Assembly (NCBI GenBank): GCA_907165135.1
Contig: OU015568.1
Span: forward strand, 16,379,208-16,443,207
DNA: 64,000 bases
Origin: Oikopleura dioica
Lineage: Eukaryota; Animalia; Chordata
Direction: 5' to 3'
The notes under the pieces are model-generated. The model was not told the origin of the DNA. It searched no databases and saw only the letters and a list, made by a program, of their open reading frames with translations. Positions 21,234 through 33,683 of the stretch are shown here, in pieces (position 1 is the first letter of the stretch; every line of letters starts with the position of its first letter). Made by a program: the position numbers and the translations under genes.

Positions 21234-24200
21234 GTTGTGGTTGTTGTTGTCGTTGTAGTAGTTGAAGTTGTAGTTGTTGTTGTTGCTGTCGTTGTTGTCG
21301 TTGTTGTCGTTGTAGTAGTTGTAGTTGTCGTTGTAATTGTAGTTGTAGTTGTAGATGAAGTTGAAGTTGTTGTTTCAGCTATTGTTGTTGTTGTGGAAGA
21401 AAAACACTCTCCGCAGGAAAATTTGCAATGGTGGAGCATGAATCCGGGGTTTTTGGAGCATTCCCCGACAGAAGCCCAATATGCGCAGGAAGGATGGAGA
21501 GGATTATCGAAACAAGGAGTGGTTATTATCGTTTCATTGATTGTTGTCGTGATATCTTGCTCTTCGAAAATCTGGTAGAAGAAATTTTCGACGCGTGCTT
21601 CGGGCGCATGACTCGACGGGCTGCCCACATAAACCTCCAAATCGCCGGACCTATACGCTCCGTTTACACCGTAGCTTCCGTCAGCGATTTTGTCGCCATC
21701 AACGCTTATGACGTACTCAATTGTTTCCGGTGAGTCTTGAACTTGACTAACTTCGACAGAAAATGTGTTCCAGGTTCCAATTTCGCAGTCAAGAAGGACA
21801 GTGTTTGCATGAGAAAATCCGTTCGGATCATTAGCTCGGATAAACATGTCATTCGTCCTGCCCCAGCGCCAAATCTCGAATTGACGAGCGCCTGGAGACT
21901 CCCATTTACCAGAAGTGACCTGGATGATGTTAAGGTATGCACCTTCGGTTGTTTTCTCGTTGCAAAAGACGTCAGCGGAGAGTTTATAGTTCAGAGCGGC
22001 AGAAACGGTAGCTATTTGATTATTCCTTGCAGCGAGTTGGAGCGATAAAGGAAATGAAATAGCTCTTTAAAATGTTTATTTGGGCCGAGCCAGATAAAAA
22101 GATTTTGCCAGTTGTTATTTAAAACTCGATTCCTGATAGGCCTAACTGGTGCGTCTCCGCAAGCACCGACAAATGTCATACAGTTTTCGAGGCCAGCGCA
22201 TGGATCAGTTTTGTTAGTTTCGATTTCCAGAACAGAACAATCTTCTGCTATACCACATAATATGGCATCCTCATCAGATCCGTCAGAACAGTGCAAGATT
22301 CCGTCACAAGCCTGGCTCTCAAGATATTTTTCCTCGTTATCGCAAGATCGCGTCGAATTAGAACACTCTCCGCAGGAAAATTTGCATTTATCAAGCATGA
22401 AATCTCTTTGTCCGTCTGTGAAGCAGTATCCGATAGAGGCCCAATATGAGCAGGAAGGATAAAAAGGATTGTCGTAGCAATAAGTTGTCGTTGTCGTTTC
22501 ATTACTTGATGTAAAACTCAATTCTTCAAATGTCTGGTAAAAGAAGTTTTTGACTCGTGCTTCGATCGCATGGTTCGTGGAGCCGACATAAGCCTTCAAA
22601 TCGCCAGACATATACGCTTCATTAACACCATAGCTACCATTAGCGATTTCGGTGCCATCAACGTTTATCACATATTCAATGATTTCTGGTGATTCCTCGA
22701 CTTGACTGGCTTCGACAAAATATGTGTTCCAGGATCCTGTTTCGCACTCATATAAGAAACCTTTCCCATGATCATATCCGTTTGGATCATTAACGCGGAT
22801 AAACATGTGGTTCGTCTTGCCCCAGCGCCAAATCTCGAACTGACGAGCGCCTGGAGACTCCCATTTACCAGACGTGACCCGGATGATGTTGAGGTATTCG
22901 CCTTCGGTGGTTTTTTCATTGCAAAAGACGTCAGCGGAGAATTTATAATTCAGAGCGGCAGAAACCGTAGCTATTTTATTGTCACTTGCAGCGATGTTCG
23001 AAATCTATATATGATAAGTCATACTTAAGGATATAGGCTATATCATATAGCCGTTCTCAAGGCACTTTCGTAGCGCCAAAAGGGGACGATAAAATTTTTT
23101 CATTTCAAAAGGAACCCTACCTAAAATTGCCTAAGAATCCCGATTCTAGTGTTATTTTTAATTTTTTAATGGAAAAATTTCTCTCTAGAGCAATTTTAAA
23201 TCTTACGATCACTTTTTCTCGAGAATTTTCCATTAAATCGGTCGAGTTTTTTTGAAAAATTAAAAATTTCGACCTTTTTCTACATTCCTAGGGTCTAAAT
23301 TTTAATAGATTCCAATTATTTATGATTCTAGAGCTATTTTTATGAGGCTTACTTGAGTAAGCCGAAGCGTCAGACAGCGCTCTGGCTTGCTGCGCTGGGC
23401 GCCCTCCTCCATCGCGCGGTGAGGCGCGCATGTGAAAGAGCGCGCTGATTGGCCGAGCGCCCTGAACGCAGCATTTATGAAAAAGAAAACGCAAAAAGAA
23501 GAAGATGCTAGAATGAAAATTTGCTCGGGTTTTGAAATTTTGAGGCCCTAGAAAGATAGATTAGCAATTATTTATAATAAAACACGGTTTAGTTTTAGCG
23601 ATTTAATTGAAAAATTTCGAGAAAAAGTGATCGTAAGATTTCAAATCGCTCCAGAGAGAAATTTTCTTTAAGGAGGGGGTCGTCAATATGGAAATTTTTG
23701 TACTTTTGAAATTTTGACCACATTTTTGAGTTCCTTGTCAAAAATATAATCTTTTTGGTCTCTAGCTTTTTTTGATTGGTCCACGTAAAACCTGGTAAAA
23801 ATCGACTTAAACATTGAAAATGAGCGCGCGACGGGAGTTTTAAAGAAGCTGATTTCGGCCAAAAACAATCAAAATTGAAGTTTTTTCTCGTTAGCTATTA
23901 TTTTTAATAGTTTCTTAATCAATATTTATTAAAAATTCCGAGTCTTTGCGGTTTTCGAAAAAAAATCGGTCAAAAACGAGTAAAAATATGGAATTTTGTT
24001 AAAATCGAATATTTTTAATCAATAAGAAAAAATTTTTTTAATGAAGTGACCCTTAATTTTTTGATCGCCGGTCGATGCAGAAGGGTCCAAACTACTAGTA
24101 TTTAAAATTTGATTGTCGAAAAAAAAATTTGGTTTCGAGATTTTTTGGTCAAGAGACACCCCCACTTCAACCCTAAATTTGGAAAAATTTTCCAAGAAAA

Positions 24201-25700
24201 TTTTTTTTCTTCTTATTGCCGGTCGAAAATTTAAACCCTTTTCTTTGCACCGGACACTTCGATTTTTTTCAATCCAATCAGGTTTTTCCGTATTTTTGGT
24301 CAAAAAAAATCCGAATATTGACGACCCCCCCTTTAAAAAAATTTTTAAAAAACATCAGAATCGAATTCTATACATAATTTTAGGTAGGACCTGTCTTGAA
24401 ATGAAAAAAATTTATCGCCCCATTTCGGCGCTACGAAATTGCCTTGAGAGCGGCTATATCCTTAATCAACATTTGTTAGTGCGGCTTTTGAGGCACCATT
24501 TTGCCAGCCCTGCCTAAAAATGTGATTTCAAACTCGATTCCTGAGAGGCCTTACTGGTGCGTCTCCGCATGCCCCGACGAATGTTATACAGTTCTCGAGA
24601 CCAGAGCATGGATCAGTTTTGTTTGCTTCGATTTCCTGAACAGAACACTCTTCTGCTATATTACAAAATATGGCATCCTCATCAGATCCGTCAGAACAGT
24701 CCAAGATTCCATCGCAAGCTCGGCTTTCAAGATATTTCTCCCCATTATCGCAAGATCGCGTCTTGATGAACTCTCCTCCCGGTTCTCCACAAAAGCCTTC
24801 GTACATTTTTGCGAGTTGAAAAATGTCCCTCGATGAGAGTCTTGTGACCGTCGGGTATTGAACTGGCTCACCAGCCAAGTTTGTAATCGAAGGTAAGCCC
24901 GCCTCCTTAGCTTCAGGTGTCCGGAAACCCCACGCTGAGTAGTGCATGTTAGATTTGTAGTCGTAAGGACTTGACATGTCAAACCAGGTGCTTCCAAGTT
25001 CAGAAATCTTATAATAAGCAAATTGATAATTTGGGACTATTCGATCAAAATGGATAATAACATGTTCATCCCGATCTGGTCGACTTTGTTCATGAAAGAA
25101 TCCAAGCGAGTGCATCATTTCGTGACTAATCGTTGCTTTGCCGAGACAACCATTTCCAAGAGATAATGGTTGCCCACCAGAAAATGCTGGATTATAACCC
25201 ACAGAAGCGAAGCAACCCGATTCTTGACGGATGTCAATCCAGTGTGAGTGCGCTTTAGAAATTGAATCGTCGACAAATTGAATGCATCCACCAAGATCTG
25301 CTGTAATCAAATCCAATGAATCTGCGATGTGTTCTTGTTGGTCGATTGAAAATTGACTATCGTTGGAATATCGGTAAGGAATGAGAAGGTAACTTCTATC
25401 CTCAACACCGTCAGTATTTCCTGGCCATTTTTTCTGTACAATCGCTGCTCTTTTTTCCCTTGTAGAGGTCGGGTCAAAAGGGCCATCGTAAATCATCGCC
25501 TGTCAAATATTATTTTTTTATTTATCAAAAAATTTTTATTAAAATCTGATGAAAATAATGATTATTACAACATTTTCTTTGAAGTGTCTATTCCTGCTAT
25601 TTGAGCTTGTTCTCTGGTCCAAAGGATGTCATCTCCATTGAAGTTCCAAGGAGGAACGGTAGGAGGCACAAAAAGCTCATTTATCGGACCAACGATTGGC
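19886..25700 (-). CDS. Secreted astacin metalloprotease: astacin-LDLa-[LamG-like-ShK]-LDLa-[LamG-like-ShK]-Thr-rich-ZP (could be two tandem genes)
   Basis: HEMMHSLGFFHEQSRPDRD plus SNMHY Met-turn; CDG.LDCSDGSDE twice; ShK (CAYWASVGEC...CKFSCGEC) twice; poly-Thr; ZP-like SCDEGILKVEIP, FSCSL and a furin RKRRS site. Confidence 0.75.
21030..21390 (-). repeat. (ACA/ACT/ACG)n coding repeat giving a poly-Thr mucin-like linker
   Basis: ORF 20867-21847. Confidence 0.9.
23029..24461. mobile_element. TTAA-flanked non-autonomous element (Kolobok-like), family K1 copy A, with nested element
   Basis: TTAA|GGATATAG...CCGTTCTCAAGGCACTTTCGTAGCGCC ... GGCGCTACGAAATTGCCTTGAGAGCGGCTATATCC|TTAA. Confidence 0.8.
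23672..24332. mobile_element. Nested TTAA-flanked TIR element
   Basis: TIR GGAGGGGGTCGTCAATAT/ATATTGACGACCCCCCCT; absent from K1 copy B at the same position. Confidence 0.75.
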
Positions 25701-27559
25701 ATTATCTCTCAGAAGTTCTGGGTCAGAACCCTTCCGGGTCGATAAGAGAGCGAAGAACCGCTTCAATTTATAGTCTTTTTTATATTCTTCGTTGTAAAAA
25801 AGATCGTTACCTTATTTCGAAATTATCCACATTCTTGAGAAATCAAAGAAGCAGTACTAAATCACATTTGGACCTTTAAGATCAAGTGAATTTCCGTCAA
25901 ATAAAAAAGTCATTGCGGACAAACTTTCTCACGATGGAAAATAATACTAATCAGCATAAATAGCCAATCAAAGCATTTAACATGCTACGTTTTATTATTC
26001 GGTAGAACCGAACAATAGATTATCAAAGGTTTTTTGATGCTTGTGAACCATTGAAAACTGGTGTTTATTTTTGTTGTTCAACATGGATCAAACTTGGCTA
26101 ATTTGCAAGAGCAACGAAGAGTCTCTAAGTCTTAAATTAGCGTCTTAGGCCCCGTAAGAGTTCAAAGCCCAAATCATTTGAGATCGTAATCGTAATACAT
26201 GTATTTGAAATCAGAAATTAAGCAAGAAACTGGGCGAGGTCCTCTGTAAATTCTTCGTCAGTAAGAATGAGTTGATCGCCAGCAAAGGTGAAAAAAATGC
26301 AGCTTTTTTAAACCCATTCGGTCTTCTGTGTAAAGGTTTGTCTCATCGTAAGGGAGTATCTCTGCATCTTGGCCCTACAAATAGTAGCCAAAGTGGGAAG
26401 ATTCTTTTGGGACGACCATCAGGTCCGCGGGGTGTGATTTATTTCAAGGGCAAAAAACTGTGAATTTTGAACTCTTTTTTTCATTTTATTCGAGGTATTC
26501 TAAGTAGCCATCAAGTATGAAAGGAAAGTATTTGTCCAAAGAAGGCTCTTCTTCCAAAATATTCTCCAGTTTTTCATCAGTCTTCGAAAAGAGCACCTAA
26601 AATTTCGTCTCTCGATCTCGCACATGATTATTTTACCTTCGATTTTTTCTTGAGCCATTTTTCCGCAGTGCTTTTCAATCCAAACCAGCTTTTCTCCGAG
26701 CTCAGTTCAACGCCGATTTTTCTCCTCAGGGTCGTTTTTGAAAGACCCTCGCCTTTTGTATAAATTTCCTGGTCAGAAACAAGTCCGTAATCTAAATGCT
26801 TAACACTTCTCTGTGAGAATAATCGGCAAAAAGGGGACTTACAGAGCTATTTTTGACATAGACTTCGAGTCTGTTTTCGTTCGGGAAAATGCTGATTTCG
26901 TGCGCCATTACGAAAGTCGGGTCACATATCTTTTTCAACAGCCAAGGGACATCTACTGTTCTCGTCTCCTCTCGTCTAGAATTTTCGGTAAGTTCAAATT
27001 CGCCAAACATCTTTTACCTGAAAACGATTCGGTCTTCCAGTTTTTCGATTTGAAAGGGCGAAATAAAATCTGCTTTTGAAGGGCGGAGCTTTGACTTGAA
27101 AAAGGCAACAACAACTTCTTCGAAGGCGTAGTTGAACTGGCAGATTTCGCTGCTGCAAATAAAAGGGGCTCATTCAAACTTATCCCTTACTACTTCGCAG
27201 GCTCTTACCTTGAGTAGTCTACCGCATCAATTGTCGGCTCTGCCGAACCGGTTAGTTTTTCCGGACGAGATTTTTGTTCATTACTTTCGCTTCTCTTTGC
27301 TGCGCAGTTTCCCATTTATTAATCTTCTCAATATTAATGATTCTTTAACATATGAATCAACTGAATATTTTTCATTTTTGGCAGCCGGAAACGAGTCAGA
27401 CTTCGTAACAACTAAGTGAGTCATTACAGCAATTTTCATTATCTTTTATTTTCAAAAAATTTTTGAACAAGAAAGTGGTAATATATCCAAATAAATTGTA
27501 TAAATAGTTGGTCATATATTTGGTCAATATACAGTGAAAACTCAATTATTGATGTATAA

Positions 27560-29589
27560 TTATTGCTGACTTAGAAACTCGTCGATCGAGTAGCCAAATA
27601 ACAAAAAGTCGACAAAGTAGATTTTGTAAAGTTTCTTGATGATTTCTTCTGGGATGTCTTTGTAGAAGTCGATCAGGCCAGAGCTCAGAAGCGGTGAGTC
27701 AGAATACTGCCCCGGCAAGTGGGTCAACCCTTTCAGCTGAATTTTACCAGTTATTTTGAATTGAATAATGATTTTACTTGAGCGCATTCGGTGACAAATT
27801 CGGCATCCGTCGAAGAAGTCTCCTGCTTCGTCACGATCGTGTAGTCCACGAAGCAAGGCGAGCACTAGAAACAACAGAAAAGCAGGCAATTAATAAAATT
27901 TCTCAAACCTCAAAATCCATGGTTTTCCAGTGATAATCAAACTTGCTTATTTCGGCGACATCGACGATGTATTCCAAAAACGCTCGAAAAGAAAAGACAT
28001 TTTCGTTCTCGTAATTGATCTCCTCAAACTTCGAAATGCTCTCTCCAAATCTTCGGACGTACAAGTCCAAATTCCAGAAGTTCTTCCCAAACTTCTGTCG
28101 CCAGGCGGAAAGAAGCCGGGCAAATGGGTGGCGAACGTTGATCATTCGCATTTCTACTTCGTGGATTTTCTCCTAAAAACATATGAATAGGCTTACCGGA
28201 CTAAATTTCGACCCATATTTCTAGCTTAGTTGGGTGGTCATATGACACAGTTTTAGAAAGCCTAGCTTCTGGGCTTTCATTTGGGCACAAATTCAAGGGG
28301 TCTGGGTCATGCCCGCAAGGCAATTCATGGGACCTGAAGTCCCAAAATAGGTACTAAAATACTTCAAACTATTTTTTCGATGGCCGTCCGGGCTCGAGAG
28401 TAGTCAAAAGTCATATATTTAGAAAGCTCAGGCTCTGAGCTTTCAGTAGAACTCAAAAATCTTAGTGCCAAGTGGTTTGTGTCCACCTGGAGGCGCTAGA
28501 AGTTGGCGGTAAAAATCCGGAAATGCCGGAAAACTCGGTTTTTGAGTTCTTAACTCTCCAATTATATGTATAAAACATTTATAAACAATAATTAATGCAT
28601 TAAAAAGTTGAACCGTGGTCGAACCGGGTGGTTCAACTCAAGAAACCTTCAAAAACATGGAAATATGGCCAACGATGAACCACCCGGTTGACCACCCGGT
28701 TTGACCTCGGTTCAACTTTTTAATGCTTTAATGGGACTTCAGGTCCCATGAATTGCCTTGCGGGCATGACCCAGACCCCTTGAATTTGTGCCCAAATGAA
28801 AGCCCAGAAGCTAGGCTTTCTAAAACTGTGTCATATGACTACCCAACTAAGCTAGAAATATGGGTCGAAATTTAGTCCGGTAAGCCTACATATGAAAAAT
28901 CTAATTAATATTGCTTTCAACTCACCTGGTCAATCTCATTCTTCTCTTTGTACCGAGGCAAAACTTTGAAGATTTCGTCGATTCCAAAACTCTCTGGCTC
29001 GCGTTCCGGATGCAGCAGCGCGGCAAAGTATCGTTGCCAATTTGTCGTTCCGGTCTGAAATTTCGCTCAAATGTACCAGTAGTCGTTTTTTGTTACCTTT
29101 TGGGGCAAACAAGCAAGGAGGTCAATCTTCTTCAAGTCAAAAAGGTCGAAAAGTTGGTCCCTGTTTTCAACGAGCATCGCTTTTGACTCGCTTTCATTTT
29201 TTCTGGCGAGGCACTGAATTGAAGTTCCAGCTGGATTTCTCGAAGTTCATCGAAGTCCATGTTTTTCGACTCTCGGAAAATGCTTTCACGACGCTATTCA
29301 TTGTTTTTCTGGCAAAAACCTTTCTACTCGTTCGATTTTGCAATAGCTTCTTATTTTTAAGGATAAATTAGCGCCGCCTTTGGTCCAAATTGCAACCTTT
29401 CCTAAGTAAATTCACTCGCTTCTTATTTCTTTGAGTAAGAAATTCGATGATGTTTATCTCTTTTTCAGGCATTTCGACGTCGATTTGAACTTCCAAGCCT
29501 TCTTCGCTCTCGACAGAATTGAACAAAAAGTAACCAACCGTTCCAAGCACAATTGTCACCGCGACAATGTCAGTGATTGTTCTCGTCAT
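27560..29589 (-). CDS. Golgi carbohydrate sulfotransferase (Sulfotransfer_2/CHST-like), type II membrane protein
   Basis: N-terminal TM; LLTCLPPK-TGTTNW (5'-PSB); NVRHPFARLLSAWRQKF (3'-PB); FDYHW. Confidence 0.8.
28188..28888. mobile_element. hAT-type MITE with ~165-bp near-perfect TIRs, in a CHST intron
   Basis: TAGGCTTACCGGAC...GTCCGGTAAGCCTA; 8-bp TSD CATATGAA; second internal inverted repeat at ~28595-28730. Confidence 0.92.
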
Positions 29590-29954
29590 TTTTCGTTAAA
29601 AATAAACTAAAAAACGCTAAAAAGCGAAAATTAAAAATCAGCTGTAATTTTTTATTTTCTATTTTTGCTGGTTGGATTTTGCAAATTTGCGAAGCAGATG
29701 CTTTTCAATAACATTAAATTTCCAAAAAGGAGATTTTCGAAGCGCTGTTTTCATGTTTCTTTCACTTTCGCCGCGAAGCAACCAACATATTTACAAACAA
29801 ATGACTGTAAGTTCAAGATTCTGACCTCAAGGAAGAAGAATTCAACAATGCCTTTGATGGACTTGTTGACGCCATGGTCAAGTCAATGCTCCACCCTCAA
29901 AGGCAGATTATATTTCAAAAGAAATTGAACTTGTCAAGTATTTCAAAATAGACC

Positions 29955-31200
29955 ATGGCTAATAGTATTAAAAAATTTGCCGCGATTTTTCTTGGAACAT
30001 TTTGTTGGTTGGTTTTTTATTGTTCCGAGAGTCACGAAAGTTTCGTTATTCAAATCGAGAGCAGCAGAATTTCTGAAGAAGAAGAGCCCGAGAAAATTGA
30101 AGACAACGAAGAAATCGCCAAGAATTCTAGTGATTTTCTAAGCCAAAGAAATAAAGAACGAGTAAATTTGCTGAGAAAAGGCTGCAATTTAGAACAAAGT
30201 ATTTTCCGGGAGTCGAAAAGCATGGACTTTGATGAACTGCGAAGAATTCAGCTTGAAGTTCAAAATGCCTCGCAAGTGAAAAATGAAAGCGGTTCTAAAA
30301 TGAAAGTCGTTGAAAACAAGAAACAACTTTTCGACCTTTTCGACTTGAAGAACATCGATCTGCTTACCTGTTTGCCTCCAAAGGTACTTTTAGCTGATTG
30401 CATTTGAGGGTAATTTCAGACCGGGACTACAAACTGGCAACGATACTTTGCCGTGCTGCTGCATCCGGAACGCGAGCCGGAGAGTTTTGGAATCGACGAA
30501 ATCTTCAAGGTTTTGCCTCGCTACAAAGAGAAGAATGAGATCAACCAAGTAAGGCCATTACAACTTTGTTTATTTTTGAAAATTTTTTTTAGAAAAAAAT
30601 TCATGAGGTAAAAATGCGAATGATCAACGTTCGACATCCATTTGCCCGGCTTCTTTTCGCCTGGCGATAGAAATTTGGAAGAGACAATTGGAATTTGAAA
30701 GCGTATGTGAGAAACTATGGAGCGGCCATTTCAAAGTTCGAGAAGATCAATTACAAAAATAAGAATGTTTTTCTTTTCGAGCCTTTTTGGAATACGTCGC
30801 CGATGTGGCCGAAATCAACAAATTCGATTATCACTGGAAAACCATGGACTTTGAGGTTCGACGAATTTTAAGAATTGCCTGCTTTTATATTGTTTCTAGT
30901 GTTCACCTTGCTTTGTGGACTACACGATCGTGACAAAGCAAGAGACTTCTTCGACAGACACCGAATTCGTCACCGAACGCGCTCAAGTAAGATCACTATG
31001 AAATTCAAAATAACCGTTTAAATTAAGCTGAAAGGGTTGACCCACTTGCCGGGGCAGTATTCTGACTCGCCGCTTCTGAGCTCTGGCCTGATCGACTTCT
31101 ACAAAGACATCCCAGAAGAAATCATCAAGAAACTTTACAAAATCTACTTTGTCGACTTTTTATTATTTGGCTACGCGATCGACGAGTTTCATAGTAATAA
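29955..31200 (+). pseudogene. Inverted duplicate of the sulfotransferase
   Basis: Same exons, but in-frame TAG at 30668-70 (AWR*KF versus AWRQKF) and a 1-nt deletion near 30780. Confidence 0.8.
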
Positions 31201-31292
31201 ATAGGTTTTCTTATGTTTTTGTCTTCAATTGAGGGAGTAAGATTATATTTACAGAAAATAAACATTAAATCTTACAAAATATAATTCAGTTT

Positions 31293-33130
31293 TCATTTTT
31301 TATTTGATAGTTTGCCGCTGTCCATCCGCCTCGCTTTCGATTTCTTGTCGATTCCGCTCTTCTCCATCAAAACCATCAATTTCCTGCGCGACCGCTTTGA
31401 ATCTTCCATCGCCTTCTGAAATAAAATTTTAAAAGTTGAAATTTTAAATTTTACCTTTATTCCACATTGATAAATAGTACCAACCATCTCCCCTTTATAT
31501 CCATAAGCACTTTTGAATCGCAAGTGCCATCCTGCTACGGCAACCTCCCAATTATGAGAATAACGAAACTTGTCGGAGAGTTTTCGAAATTATTTTTCGT
31601 TAAAAATTAAAAACTCTCTTTCCTTTAGATTTATTTTTTCTCTCCAAGAGATAACAGCTTCAGCACCTTTTTCAAATCTTCCTTTTTCAGCCAATCTCTT
31701 ACTCCACCCCAACCAGTCCCTTTATCATTCCCGAAAAACTCGCCCGCTCCGCCCATCGCGCCCAATTCCTTCCTCAGCTTGTCTAATTCTTCATTTCTCG
31801 CTTCATCCCTTTTTTCATCTTTTTCGAACTCTTTTCGTTCAAGTCTCGCCCCCATCTCTCAATTTCCTTCTTCTGCTTTTGAGTCTCGCGTCGATTTCTT
31901 TCTCTTTCTTCTTTCAAAATCGATTCCAGCTTTGAGATTTCTTGTCTAGCTTTTTCAATTCATTTTCTCGTTCATTTTTCTCAGATTCGTTTTCCTAAAA
32001 TTTCAAATCAAAAATCTCCCAATCATTCGCTGCAGAAAATCAACGAAGACGCCTTCATTTCGCAGCTCAATCGCGTTTCTCGGCCGTCTTGAGCTCTCAA
32101 CTTTCGTGCATTTTTCGATGAGAGTTTCGAACTCTTCAATCTCGTCCGTTTCGCCAAGGATTTCAAAGAGAGGTGTTCGTTTGCCAGTTTGAATATTCGT
32201 TACTAAAGAAATATTTCTTCTTTCGAATTTCAATTTTCGAAACTTACTTATTTCGAAAAACAAGGCCGGTCTTCCTTCTTTTCGAGCAAAGGGATGCTCA
32301 AGAGTCAGCAGTTCCTAAAAACGCATTATGATGTTTTGCCAGTTTTTGAGAATAAATACCTGCAAAATCAGTGCGAATCCCCAAATATCCAGTCTTGGAT
32401 GTTTCTTTGCCGTCTTGTCTGGGCTGTTGATTTCTAAGAAAAACGTTATTTTGATTCATTCAAAATCGCTTACCAGGGGCAGCATAAAGTGGCGTGGACT
32501 TGATTCCTTCTCCAGTCGTAGTCGTCATTGTTTGCTGAATTGATCGGACAGACTGGGCGCTTCCGAAGTCCCCGATCTTCACCTGAATAAAACTATTTTT
32601 ATAAGCTAGAGGATGTTTGCTTACCGTAATGAAATCGCCGAGGACGAATATATTGGCGGGTTTGAGGTCCAGATGGACCTTGTTTCTTCCATGGCAGTAG
32701 CTCAGCGCGGAGATGAGCTGAGCCGCAATGACCCTTGCCTCGTCAAGAGTAGTTCGTCTTCCCGCTGCCTTCATCTTCTCGATCCAATCGGCAAGGCTTC
32801 CGCCGGCGCAGTGCTCCATAATGATGAAGCACATGGATCCATAAGCCCATTCTGGCGTATGTCGATCGAGAAAGTCGACGAATTTGACCACATTCGCGTG
32901 ATCTACACGTTTATCAATCAATTAAAAACTCAAGACCTTACCGAGTTGTCGAAGCGTTTCAGCTTCTCGCTTCGTGTTTGTCCAACCTTCTTTATTTTGG
33001 ATAAAGAGCGCCTTGACGATCACAGTCTCTCCAGTAGCCGTATCGAAGGCCTCAGCGACGCCTTGGTTAGTTCCGAAGCGCTCTTCGTCACTGTTGACAT
33101 ATCGATCATCCCTCTTTTAAAAAGTTACAG
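31293..33130 (-). CDS. Divergent Ser/Thr kinase (NEK-like catalytic motifs) plus coiled coil, copy 1; possible frameshift
   Basis: VIVK, IIMEHCAGGSL, HLDLKPAN, IGDFGS, STPLYAAP. No canonical GxGxxG loop. Apparent -1 shift in an A-run near 31950. Confidence 0.7.
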
Positions 33131-33683
33131 AATTTTTGAATTAACGAAACGATAATAAACGCAACTTTTACCCTAACAAAGTTACAGTCATTGGAATTGC
33201 TTCGTTGTTTCGCAAAACTAAACTTTTCTCCTCTCACAAAATAGAAATGAAGAATGGAAATGATCGAGTTGCTGCATGCGCTGCTGCATGCAAATATTTG
33301 AGTTTTTGCCCTGGTTACTACCGCTGTTTCATTTTGTCGGAAAATTTTCTGAACGTTTTTCCCGTACTTCTGTCCTCAAGCAGCAAAGGAAGCATGAACT
33401 GCAAGGCGACAAAGCGCAAGGAAATTGGACAAGATGACCAGGAAAGTCCAAAACGTCAAACCAAATTCCTGGCTCTGCCCAACAGTCAAATATTTGCAGT
33501 AAGCGCATGTGGCAGCGGCTCCGATCGCACTTTTCAAACACTGCAAATTCTGCTGCAAGAGAGGAAGACTTTTGAGCGAGAAAATACCAATTGAGATACT
33601 CCAAAATGACTGAGAGCTTGTTACGGTTACAAATTAATATGAATAATCAATATTTACTTTTTACTTTGTAACTTGTTGAAAGA

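Noticed and set aside
20901-21578. Poly-Val and poly-Cys ORFs on the plus strand
   Set aside because: Antisense shadows of the poly-Thr linker.
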